64,000 nt of DNA from Eledone cirrhosa (taxonomy: Eukaryota), in contig OZ024741.1 in assembly GCA_964016885.1 (NCBI GenBank), forward strand, positions 1,612,001-1,676,000. Direction: 5' to 3'. The notes beneath the pieces were generated by a model. That model made no database searches. It saw only the letters and a list, made by a program, of their open reading frames with translations, and was not told the DNA's origin. Positions 43,661 through 57,949 of the stretch are shown here, in pieces (positions within the stretch are counted from its first letter, which is position 1; each line of letters opens with the position of its first letter). The position numbers were made by a program, and so were the translations under genes.

Positions 43661-46600
43661 ACACTGGCTGCCATATACTGCTACCAGAACAGTGGCTGCC
43701 ATATACAGCTACCAGAACACTGTTAGCCATATAGAGCTACCAGAACAATGGCTGCCTTATACAGCTACCAGAACACTGTCTGCCATATACACCTACCAGA
43801 ACACTGGCTGCCATATACAGCTACCAGAACAATGGCTGCCATATACAGCTACCAGAACACTGGCTGCCATATACAGATACCAGAACAATGGCTGCCATAT
43901 ACAGCTACCAGAATACTGGCTGCCATATACAGCTACCAGAACACTTGCTGCCATATACAGCTACCAGAACACTGGCTGCCATATACAGCTACCAGAACAA
44001 TGGCTGCCATAGACAGCTACCAGAACAATGGCTGCCATATACAGTTACCAGAACAATGGTGGCCATATACAGCTACCAGAACACTGTTTGCCATATACAG
44101 CTACCAGAACAATGGCTGCCATATACAGCTACCAGAACACTGGCTGCCATATACAGCTACCAGAACACTGGCTGCCATATATAGCTACCAGAACAATGGC
44201 TGCCATATACAGCTACCAGAACAATGGCTGCCATATACAGCTACCAGAACACTGGTTGCCACATACTGCTATTAGAACACTGGCTGCCATATACGGCTAC
44301 CAGAACACTGGCTGCCATATACAGCTACCAGAACAATGGCTGCCATATACAGCTACCAGAACACTGGCTGCCATGTACAGCTACCAGAACACTGGCTGCC
44401 ATATACAGCTACAAGAACAGTGGCTGCCATATACAGCTACCAGAACACTGTTAGCCATATAGAGCTACCAGAACAATGGCTGCCTTATACAGCTACCAGA
44501 ACACTGTCTGCCATATACAGCTACCAGAACACTGGCTGCAATATACCGCTACCAGAACAATGGCTGCCATATACAGCTACCAGAACACTGGCTGCCATAT
44601 ACAGCTACCAGAACAATGGCTGCCATATACAGCTACCAGAATACTGGCTGCCATATACAGCTACCAGAACACTGGCTGCCATATACAGCTACCAGAACAC
44701 TGGCTGCCATATACAGCTACCAGAACAATGGCTGCCATATACAGCTACCAGAACACTCTTTGCAATATACAGCTACCAGAACAGTAGCTGCCATATACAG
44801 CTACCAGAATACTGTCTGCCATATACAGCTACCAGAACACTGGCTGCCATATACAGCTACCAGAACACTGGCTGCCATATACAGCTACCAGAACACTGGC
44901 TGCCATATACAGCTACCAGAACACTGGCTGCCATATACAGCTGCCAGAACACTGGCTGCCATATACAGGTACCAGAAAAATGGCTGCCATATACAGTTAC
45001 CAGAACACTGGCCGCCATATACAGCTACCAGAACACTGGCTGCCATATACCGCTACCAGAACACTGGCTGCCATATACAGCTACCAGAACACTGGCTGCC
45101 ATATACAGCTACCAGAACATTGGCTGCCATATACATCTACTAGAACACTGGCTGCCATATACAGCTACCAGAACACTGGCTGCCATATACAGCTACAAGA
45201 ACACTGGCTGCCATATACAGCTAACAGAACAATGGCTGCCATATACAGCTACCAGAACATTCTTTGCCATATACAGCTACCAGTACAATAGCTGCCATAT
45301 ACAGCTACCAGAATACTGTCTGCCATATACAGCTACCAGAACACTGGCTGCCATATACAGCTACCAGAACACTGGCTGCCATATACAGCTACAAGAACAC
45401 TGGCTGCCATATACAGCTACCAGAACAATGGCTGCCATATACAGCTACCAGAACACTGGCTGCCATATACAGCTACCAGAACAATGGCTGCCATATACAG
45501 CTACCATGGCTGCCATATACAGCTACCAGAAAAATGACTGCCATATACAGTTACCAGAACACTGGATGCCATATACAGTTACCAGAACAAAGGCTGCCAT
45601 ATACAGCTACCACAACACTGGCTGCCATGTACAGCTAATAGAACAATGGCTGCCATATACAGCTACCACAACACTGGCTGCCATATACAGCTACCAGAAT
45701 ACTGGCTGCCATATACAGCTACCAGAACACTGGCTGCCATATACAGCTACCAGAACAGTGGCTGCCATATACAGCTACCAGAACACTGTTTGCCATATAC
45801 AGCTATCAGAACACTGGCTGCCATATACAGCTATCAGAACAATGGCTGCCATATACAGCTACCAGAACACTGGCTGCCATATACAGCTACAAGAACACTG
45901 GCTGCCATATACAGCTACCAGGACACTGGCTGCCATATACAGCTACCAGAACACTGGCTGCCATATACAGCTACCAGAACAATGGCTGGCATATACAGTT
46001 ACCAGAACAATGGCTGCCATATACAGCTACCAGAACACTGGCTGCCATATACCGCTACCAGAACACTGGCTGCCATATACAGCTATCAGAACACTGGCTG
46101 CCATATACAGCTAACAGAACACTGGCTGCCACATACAGCTACCAGGACACTGGCTGCCATATACAGCTACCAGAACACTGGCTGCCATATACAGCTACCA
46201 GAACAGTGGCTGCCATATACAGCTACCAGAACACTGTTAGCCATATAGAGCTACCAGAACAATGGCTGCCTTATACAGCTACCAGAACACTGTCTGCCAT
46301 ATACAGCTACCAGAACACTGGCTGCCATATACAGCTACCAGAACAATGGCTGCCATATACAGCTACCAGAACACTGGCTGCCATATACAGCTACCAGAAC
46401 AATGGCTGCCATATACAGCTACCAGAATACTGGCTGCCATATACAGCTACCAGAACACTGGCTGCCATATACAGCTACCAGAACAATGGCTGCCATATAC
46501 AGCTACCAGAACAATGGCTGCCATATACAGTTACCAGAACAGTGGCTGCCATATACAGGTATCAGAACACTGTTAGCCATATAGAGCTACCAGAACAATG

Positions 46601-48310
46601 GCTGCCATATACAGCTACCAGAACACTGGCTGCCATATACAGCTACCAGAACACTGGTTGCCACATACAGCTATTAGAACACTGGCTGCCATATACGGCT
46701 ACCAGAACACTGGCTGCCATATACATCTAGAAGAACAATGGCTGCCATATACAGGTACCAGAACAATGGCTGCCATATACAGTTACCAGAACACTGGCTG
46801 CCATATACAGCTACCAGAACACTGGCTGCCATATACAGCTACCAGAACGCTGGCTGCCATATACAGCTACAAGTACACTGGCTGCCATATAGAGCTACCA
46901 GAACACTGGCTGCCATATACAGCTACCAGATCAATGGCTGCCATATACAGCTACCAGAACAATGGTTGCCATATACAGCTACCAGAACACTGGCTGCCAT
47001 ATACAGCTACCAGAACACTGTTTGCCATATACAGCTATCAGAACAATGGCTGCCATATACAGCTACCAGAACACTGGCTGCCATATACAGCTACCAGAAC
47101 GCTGGCTACCATATACAGCTACAAGAACACTGGCTGCCATATACAGCTACCAGAACAATGGCTGGCATATACAGTTACCAGAACAATGGCTGCCATATAC
47201 AGCTACCAGAACACTGGCTGCCATATACCGCTACCAGAACACTGGCTGCCATATACAGCTACCAGAACACTGGCTGCCATATACAGCTACCAGAACACTG
47301 ACTGCCATATACAGCTACCAGAACACTGGCTGCCATATACAGCTACCAGAACACTGGCTGCCATATACATCTAGAAGAACAATGGCTGCCATATACAGCT
47401 ACCAGAACAAGACCTGCCATATACAGCTATCAGAACACTGGCTGCCATATACAGCTACCAGAACACTGGCTGCCATATACAGCTACCTGAACACTGGCTG
47501 CCATATACAATTACCAGAACACTGGCTGCCATATACAGCTAACAGAACAATGGCTGCCATATACAGCCACCAGAACACTGGCTGCCATATACAGCTAACA
47601 GAACAATGGCTGCTATATACAGCTACCAGAAGAATGGCTGCCATATACAGCTACCAGAACAATGGCTGCCATACACAGCTACCAGCACACTGGCTGCCAT
47701 ATACAGCTACCAGAACACTGGCTGCCATATACATCTACCAGAACAATGGCTGCCATATACAGCTACCATGGCTGCCATATACAGCTACCAGAAAAATGAC
47801 TGCCATATACAGCTACCAGAACACTGGATGCCATATACAGTTACCAGAACAAAGGCTGCCATATACAGCTACCAGAACACTGGCTGCCATGTACAGCTAC
47901 TAGAACAATGGCTGCCATATACAGCTACCACAACACTGGCTGCCATATACAGCTACCAGAACACTCTTTGCCATATACAGCTACCAGAACAATGGCTGCC
48001 ATATACAGCTACCAGAATACTGGTTTCCATATACAGCTACCAGAACACTGGCTGCCATATACAGCTACCAGAACACTGGCTGCCATATACAGCTACCAGA
48101 ACACTGTTTGCCATATACAGCTATCAGAACACTGGCTGCCATATACAACTATCAGAACAATGGCTGCCATATACAGCTACCAGAACTCTGGCTGCCATAT
48201 ACAGCTACAAGAATACTGGCTGCCATATACAGCTACCAGGACACTGGCTGCCATATACAGCTACCAGAACACTGGGTGCCATATACAGCTACCAGAACAA
48301 TGGCTGGCAT
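40375..48310. repeat. Higher-order unit C (7934 bp, 284 monomers), copy 1
   Basis: Constant +7934 offset between identical ORFs (40646/48580, 41486/49420, 43748/51682, 46598/54532, 46962/54896). 7934 = 284x28 - 3x6. Confidence 0.93.
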
Positions 48311-51300
48311 ATACAGCTACCAGAACATTGGCTGCCATATACATCTACCAGAACACTGGCTGCCATATACAGCTACAAGAACACTGGCTGCCATATACAG
48401 CTACCAGAACACTGGCTGCCATATACAGCTACCAGAACACTGGCTGCCATATACAGCTACCAGAACACTGGCTGCCATATACAGCTACCAGAACACTGGC
48501 TGCCATATACAGCTACCAGAACAGTGGCTGCCATATACAGCTACCAGAACACTGTTAGCCATATAGAGCTACCAGAACAATGGCTGCCTTATACAGCTAC
48601 CAGAACACTGTCTGCCATATACAGCTACCAAAACACTGGCTGCCATATACAGCTACCAGAACAATGGCTGCCATATACAGCTACCAGAACACTGGCTGCC
48701 ATATACAGCTACCAGAACAATGGTTGCCCTATACAGCTACCAGAATACTGGCTGCCATATACAGCTACCAGAACACTAGCTGCCATATACAGCTACCAAA
48801 GCACTGGCTGCCATATACAGCTACCAGAACACTGGCTGCCATATACAGCTACCAGAACAATGGCTGCCATATACAGCTACCAGAACATTGGCTGCCATAT
48901 ACAGTTACCAGAACAATGGCTGCCATATACAGCTACCAGAACACTGGCTGCCATATACAGCTACCAGAACACTGGCTGCGATATATAGCTACCAGAACAC
49001 TGGCTGCCATATACAGCTACCAGAACACTGTTTGCCATATACAGCTGCCAGAACAATGGCTGCCATATACAGCTACCAGAACACAGGCTGCCATATACAG
49101 CTACCAGAACACTGTTTGCCATATACAGCTACCAGAACAATGGCTGCCATATACAGCTACCAGAACACTGGCTGCCATATACAGCTACCAGAACACTGGC
49201 TGCCACATACAGCTATTAGAACACTGGCTGCCATATACGGCTACCAGAACACTGGCTGCCATATACAGCTACCAGAACAATGGCTGCCCTATACAGCTAC
49301 CAGAACACTGGCTGCCATATACAGCTACCAGAACACTGGCTGTCATATACAGCTATTAGAACACTGGCTGCCATATACGGCTACCAGAACACTGGCTGCC
49401 ATATACAGCTACCAGAATAATGGCTGCCATATACAGCTACCAGAACACTGGCTGCCATATACAGATACCAGAACACTGTTTGCGATATACAGCTATCAGA
49501 ACAATGGCTGCCATATACAGCTACCAGAACACTGGCTGCCATATACAGCTACCAGAACACTGGCTGCCATATACAGCTACCAGAACACTGGCTGCCATAT
49601 ACAGGTACCAGAACAATGGCTGCCATATACAGTTACCAGAACACTGGCTGCCATATACAGCTACCAGAACACTGGCTGCCATATACAGCTACCAGAACAC
49701 TGGCTGCCATATACAGCTACAAGTACACTGGCTGCCATATAGAGCTACCAGAACACTGGCTGCCATATACAGCTACCAGATCAATGGCTGCCATATACAG
49801 CTACCAGAACAATGGCTGCCATATACAGCTACCAGAAAACTCTTTGCAATATACAGCTACCAGAACAATAGCTGCCATATACAGCTACCAGAATACTGTC
49901 TGCCATATACAGCTACCAGAACACTGGCTGCCATATACAGCTACCAGAACACTGGCTGCCATATACAGCTACCAGAACACTGGCTGCCATATACAGCTAC
50001 CAGAACACTGGCTGCCATATACAGCTACCAGAACACTGGCTGCCATATACAGGTACCAGAACAATGGCTGCCATATAGAGTTACCAGAACACTGGCTGCC
50101 ATATACAGCTACCAGAACACTGGCTGCCATATACCGCTACCAGAACACTGGCTGCCATATACAGCTACCAGAACACTGGCTGCCATATACAGCTACCAGA
50201 ACATTGGCTGCCATATACATCTACTAGAACACTGGCTGCCATATACAGCTACCAGAACACTGGCTGCCATATACAGCTACAAGAACACTGGCTGCCATAT
50301 ACAGCTACCAGAACAATGGCTGCCATATACAGCTACCAGAACATTCTTTGCCATATACAGCTACCAGAACAATAGCTGCCATATACAGCTACCAGAATAC
50401 TGTCTGCCATATACAGCTACCAGAACACTGGCTGCCATATACAGCTACCAGAACACTGGCTGCCATATACAGCTACAAGAACACTGGCTGCCATATACAG
50501 CTACCAGAACAATGGCTGCCATATACAGCTACCAGAACAATGGCTGCCATATACAGCTACCAGAACACTGGCTGCCATATACAGCTACCAGAACACTGGC
50601 TGCCATATACAGCTACCAGAACACTGGCTGCCATATACATCTACCAGAACAATGGCTGCCATATACAGCTACCAAAACAATGGCTGCCATATACAGCTAC
50701 CAGAAGAATGGCTGCCATATACAGCTACCAGAACAATGGCTGCCATATACAGCTACCAGAACAATGGCTGCCATATACAGCTACCAGAACAAGAGCTGCC
50801 ATATACAGCTATCAAAACACTGGCTGCCATATACAGCTACCAGAACACTGGCTGCCATATACAGCTACCAGAACACTGGCTGCCATATACAGCTACCAGA
50901 ACAATGGCTGCCATATACAGCTACCATGGCTGCCATATACAGCTACCAGAAAAATGACTGCCATATACAGTTACCAGAACACTGGATGCCATATACAGTT
51001 ACCAGAACAAAGGCTGCCATATACAGCTACCAGAACACTGGCTGCCATGTACAGCTACTAGAACAATGGCTGCCATATACAGCTACCACAACACTGGCTG
51101 CCATATACAGCTACCAGAATACTGGCTGCCATATACAGCTACCAGAACACTGGCTGCCATATACAGCTACCAGAACAGTGGCTGCCATATACAGCTACCA
51201 GAACACTGTTTGCCATATACAGCTATCAGAACACTGGCTGCCATATACAGCTATCAGAACAATGGCTGCCATATACAGCTACCAGAACACTGGCTGCCAT

Positions 51301-54300
51301 ATACAGCTACAAGAACACTGGCTGCCATATACAGCTACCAGGACACTGGCTGCCATATACAGCTACCAGAACACTGGCTGCCATATACAGCTACCAGAAC
51401 AATGGCTGGCATATACAGTTACCAGAACAATGGCTGCCATATACAGCTACCAGAACACTGGCTGCCATATACCGCTACCAGAACACTGGCTGCCATATAC
51501 AGCTATCAGAACACTGGCTGCCATATACAGCTACCAGAACACTGGCTGCCATATACAGCTACCAGGACACTGGCTGCCATATACAGCTACCAGAACACTG
51601 GCTGCCATATACTGCTACCAGAACAGTGGCTGCCATATACAGCTACCAGAACACTGTTAGCCATATAGAGCTACCAGAACAATGGCTGCCTTATACAGCT
51701 ACCAGAACACTGTCTGCCATATACACCTACCAGAACACTGGCTGCCATATACAGCTACCAGAACAATGGCTGCCATATACAGCTACCAGAACACTGGCTG
51801 CCATATACAGATACCAGAACAATGGCTGCCATATACAGCTACCAGAATACTGGCTGCCATATACAGCTACCAGAACACTTGCTGCCATATACAGCTACCA
51901 GAACACTGGCTGCCATATACAGCTACCAGAACAATGGCTGCCATAGACAGCTACCAGAACAATGGCTGCCATATACAGTTACCAGAACAATGGTGGCCAT
52001 ATACAGCTACCAGAACACTGTTTGCCATATACAGCTACCAGAACAATGGCTGCCATATACAGCTACCAGAACACTGGCTGCCATATACAGCTACCAGAAC
52101 ACTGGCTGCCATATATAGCTACCAGAACAATGGCTGCCATATACAGCTACCAGAACAATGGCTGCCATATACAGCTACCAGAACACTGGTTGCCACATAC
52201 TGCTATTAGAACACTGGCTGCCATATACGGCTACCAGAACACTGGCTGCCATATACAGCTACCAGAACAATGGCTGCCATATACAGCTACCAGAACACTG
52301 GCTGCCATGTACAGCTACCAGAACACTGGCTGCCATATACAGCTACAAGAACAGTGGCTGCCATATACAGCTACCAGAACACTGTTAGCCATATAGAGCT
52401 ACCAGAACAATGGCTGCCTTATACAGCTACCAGAACACTGTCTGCCATATACAGCTACCAGAACACTGGCTGCAATATACCGCTACCAGAACAATGGCTG
52501 CCATATACAGCTACCAGAACACTGGCTGCCATATAGAGCTACCAGAACAATGGCTGCCATATACAGCTACCAGAATACTGGCTGCCATATACAGCTACCA
52601 GAACACTGGCTGCCATATACAGCTACCAGAACACTGGCTGCCATATACAGCTACCAGAACAATGGCTGCCATATACAGCTACCAGAACACTCTTTGCAAT
52701 ATACAGCTACCAGAACAGTAGCTGCCATATACAGCTACCAGAATACTGTCTGCCATATACAGCTACCAGAACACTGGCTGCCATATACAGCTACCAGAAC
52801 ACTGGCTGCCATATACAGCTACCAGAACACTGGCTGCCATATACAGCTACCAGAACACTGGCTGCCATATACAGCTGCCAGAACACTGGCTGCCATATAC
52901 AGGTACCAGAAAAATGGCTGCCATATACAGTTACCAGAACACTGGCCGCCATATACAGCTACCAGAACACTGGCTGCCATATACCGCTACCAGAACACTG
53001 GCTGCCATATACAGCTACCAGAACACTGGCTGCCATATACAGCTACCAGAACATTGGCTGCCATATACATCTACTAGAACACTGGCTGCCATATACAGCT
53101 ACCAGAACACTGGCTGCCATATACAGCTACAAGAACACTGGCTGCCATATACAGCTAACAGAACAATGGCTGCCATATACAGCTACCAGAACATTCTTTG
53201 CCATATACAGCTACCAGTACAATAGCTGCCATATACAGCTACCAGAATACTGTCTGCCATATACAGCTACCAGAACACTGGCTGCCATATACAGCTACCA
53301 GAACACTGGCTGCCATATACAGCTACAAGAACACTGGCTGCCATATACAGCTACCAGAACAATGGCTGCCATATACAGCTACCAGAACACTGGCTGCCAT
53401 ATACAGCTACCAGAACAATGGCTGCCATATACAGCTACCATGGCTGCCATATACAGCTACCAGAAAAATGACTGCCATATACAGTTACCAGAACACTGGA
53501 TGCCATATACAGTTACCAGAACAAAGGCTGCCATATACAGCTACCACAACACTGGCTGCCATGTACAGCTAATAGAACAATGGCTGCCATATACAGCTAC
53601 CACAACACTGGCTGCCATATACAGCTACCAGAATACTGGCTGCCATATACAGCTACCAGAACACTGGCTGCCATATACAGCTACCAGAACAGTGGCTGCC
53701 ATATACAGCTACCAGAACACTGTTTGCCATATACAGCTATCAGAACACTGGCTGCCATATACAGCTATCAGAACAATGGCTGCCATATACAGCTACCAGA
53801 ACACTGGCTGCCATATACAGCTACAAGAACACTGGCTGCCATATACAGCTACCAGGACACTGGCTGCCATATACAGCTACCAGAACACTGGCTGCCATAT
53901 ACAGCTACCAGAACAATGGCTGGCATATACAGTTACCAGAACAATGGCTGCCATATACAGCTACCAGAACACTGGCTGCCATATACCGCTACCAGAACAC
54001 TGGCTGCCATATACAGCTATCAGAACACTGGCTGCCATATACAGCTAACAGAACACTGGCTGCCACATACAGCTACCAGGACACTGGCTGCCATATACAG
54101 CTACCAGAACACTGGCTGCCATATACAGCTACCAGAACAGTGGCTGCCATATACAGCTACCAGAACACTGTTAGCCATATAGAGCTACCAGAACAATGGC
54201 TGCCTTATACAGCTACCAGAACACTGTCTGCCATATACAGCTACCAGAACACTGGCTGCCATATACAGCTACCAGAACAATGGCTGCCATATACAGCTAC

Positions 54301-56250
54301 CAGAACACTGGCTGCCATATACAGCTACCAGAACAATGGCTGCCATATACAGCTACCAGAATACTGGCTGCCATATACAGCTACCAGAACACTGGCTGCC
54401 ATATACAGCTACCAGAACAATGGCTGCCATATACAGCTACCAGAACAATGGCTGCCATATACAGTTACCAGAACAGTGGCTGCCATATACAGGTATCAGA
54501 ACACTGTTAGCCATATAGAGCTACCAGAACAATGGCTGCCATATACAGCTACCAGAACACTGGCTGCCATATACAGCTACCAGAACACTGGTTGCCACAT
54601 ACAGCTATTAGAACACTGGCTGCCATATACGGCTACCAGAACACTGGCTGCCATATACATCTAGAAGAACAATGGCTGCCATATACAGGTACCAGAACAA
54701 TGGCTGCCATATACAGTTACCAGAACACTGGCTGCCATATACAGCTACCAGAACACTGGCTGCCATATACAGCTACCAGAACGCTGGCTGCCATATACAG
54801 CTACAAGTACACTGGCTGCCATATAGAGCTACCAGAACACTGGCTGCCATATACAGCTACCAGATCAATGGCTGCCATATACAGCTACCAGAACAATGGT
54901 TGCCATATACAGCTACCAGAACACTGGCTGCCATATACAGCTACCAGAACACTGTTTGCCATATACAGCTATCAGAACAATGGCTGCCATATACAGCTAC
55001 CAGAACACTGGCTGCCATATACAGCTACCAGAACGCTGGCTACCATATACAGCTACAAGAACACTGGCTGCCATATACAGCTACCAGAACAATGGCTGGC
55101 ATATACAGTTACCAGAACAATGGCTGCCATATACAGCTACCAGAACACTGGCTGCCATATACCGCTACCAGAACACTGGCTGCCATATACAGCTACCAGA
55201 ACACTGGCTGCCATATACAGCTACCAGAACACTGACTGCCATATACAGCTACCAGAACACTGGCTGCCATATACAGCTACCAGAACACTGGCTGCCATAT
55301 ACATCTAGAAGAACAATGGCTGCCATATACAGCTACCAGAACAAGACCTGCCATATACAGCTATCAGAACACTGGCTGCCATATACAGCTACCAGAACAC
55401 TGGCTGCCATATACAGCTACCTGAACACTGGCTGCCATATACAATTACCAGAACACTGGCTGCCATATACAGCTAACAGAACAATGGCTGCCATATACAG
55501 CCACCAGAACACTGGCTGCCATATACAGCTAACAGAACAATGGCTGCTATATACAGCTACCAGAAGAATGGCTGCCATATACAGCTACCAGAACAATGGC
55601 TGCCATACACAGCTACCAGCACACTGGCTGCCATATACAGCTACCAGAACACTGGCTGCCATATACATCTACCAGAACAATGGCTGCCATATACAGCTAC
55701 CATGGCTGCCATATACAGCTACCAGAAAAATGACTGCCATATACAGCTACCAGAACACTGGATGCCATATACAGTTACCAGAACAAAGGCTGCCATATAC
55801 AGCTACCAGAACACTGGCTGCCATGTACAGCTACTAGAACAATGGCTGCCATATACAGCTACCACAACACTGGCTGCCATATACAGCTACCAGAACACTC
55901 TTTGCCATATACAGCTACCAGAACAATGGCTGCCATATACAGCTACCAGAATACTGGTTTCCATATACAGCTACCAGAACACTGGCTGCCATATACAGCT
56001 ACCAGAACACTGGCTGCCATATACAGCTACCAGAACACTGTTTGCCATATACAGCTATCAGAACACTGGCTGCCATATACAACTATCAGAACAATGGCTG
56101 CCATATACAGCTACCAGAACTCTGGCTGCCATATACAGCTACAAGAATACTGGCTGCCATATACAGCTACCAGGACACTGGCTGCCATATACAGCTACCA
56201 GAACACTGGGTGCCATATACAGCTACCAGAACAATGGCTGGCATATACAG
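48311..56250. repeat. Higher-order unit C, copy 2
   Basis: Shares rare variants with copy 1 (atacacctac 43790/51724, catagacag 44010/51944, atctagaagaac 46725/54659). One difference seen, at ~52536 (atatagagc). Confidence 0.93.
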
Positions 56251-57949
56251 TTACCAGAACAATGGCTGCCATATACAGCTACCAGAACAATGGCTGCCAT
56301 ATACCGCTACCAGAACACTGGCTGCCATATACAGCTACCAGAACACTGGCTGCCTTATACAGCTACCAGAACACTGGCTGCCATATACAGCTACCAGAAC
56401 ACTGGCTGCCATATACAGCTACCAGAACACTGGCTGCCATATACAGCTACCAGAACAGTGGCTGCCATATACAGCTACCAGAACACTGTTAGCCATATAC
56501 AGCTACCAGAACAATGGCTGCCTTATACAGCTACCAGAACACTGTCTGCCATATACAGCTACCAGAACACTGGCTGCCATATACAGCTACCAGAACAGTG
56601 GCTGCCATATACAGATACCAGAACACTGGCTGCCATATACAGCTACCAGAACAATGGCTGCCATATACAGCTACCAGAATACTGGCTGCCATATACAGTT
56701 ACCAGAACACTAGCTGCCATATACAGCTACCAGAACACTGGCTGCCATATACAGCTACCAGAACACTGGCTGCCATATACAGCTACCAGAACAATGGCTG
56801 CCATATACAGCTACCAGAACAATGGCTGCCATATACAGTTACCAGAACAATGGCTGCCATATACAGCTACCAGAACACTGTTTGCCATATACAGCTACCA
56901 GAACAATGGCTGGCATATACAGTTACCAGAACACTGGCTGCCATATACAGCTACCAGAACACTGGCTGCCATATACAGCTACCAGAAGACTGGCTGCCAT
57001 ATACAGCTACCAGAACACTGGCTGCCATATACAGCTACCATAACACTGGCTGCCATATACAGCTACCAGAACACTGGCTGCCATATACAGCTACCAGAAC
57101 AGTGGCTGCCATATACAGCTACCAGAACACTGTTAGCCATATAGAGCTACCAGAACAATGGCTGCCTTATACAGCTACCAGAACACTGTCTGCCATATAC
57201 AGCTACCAGAACACTGGCTGCCATATACAGCTACCAGAACAATGGCTGCCATATACAGCTACCAGAACACTGGCTGCCATATACAGCTACCAGAACAATG
57301 GCTGCCATATACAGCTACCAGAATACTGGCTGCCATATACAGCTACCAGAACACTAGCTGCCATATACAGCTACCAGAACACTGGCTGCCATATACAGCT
57401 ACCAGAACACTGGCTGCCATATACAGCTACCAGAACAATGGCTGCCATATACAGCTACCAGAACATTGGCTGCCATATACAGTTACCAGAACAATGGCTG
57501 CCATATACAGCTACCAGAACACTGTTTGCCATATACAGCTACCAGAACAATGGCTGCCATATACAGCTACCAGAACACTGGCTGCCATATACAGCTACCA
57601 GAACACTGGCTGCCATATATAGCTACCAGAACACTGGCTGCCATATACAGCTACCAGAACACTGTTTGCCATATACAGCTACCAGAACAATGGCTGCCAT
57701 ATACAGCTACCAGAACACTGGCTGCCATATACAGCTACCAGAACACTGGCTGCCACATACAGCTATTAGAACACTGGCTGCCATATACGGCTACCAGAAC
57801 ACTGGCTGCCATATACAGCTACCAGGACAATGGCTGCCATATACAGCTACCAGAACACTGGCTGCCATATACAGCTACCAGAACACTGGCTGTCATATAC
57901 AGCTATTAGAACAATGGCTGCCATATACGGCTACCAGAACACTGGCTGC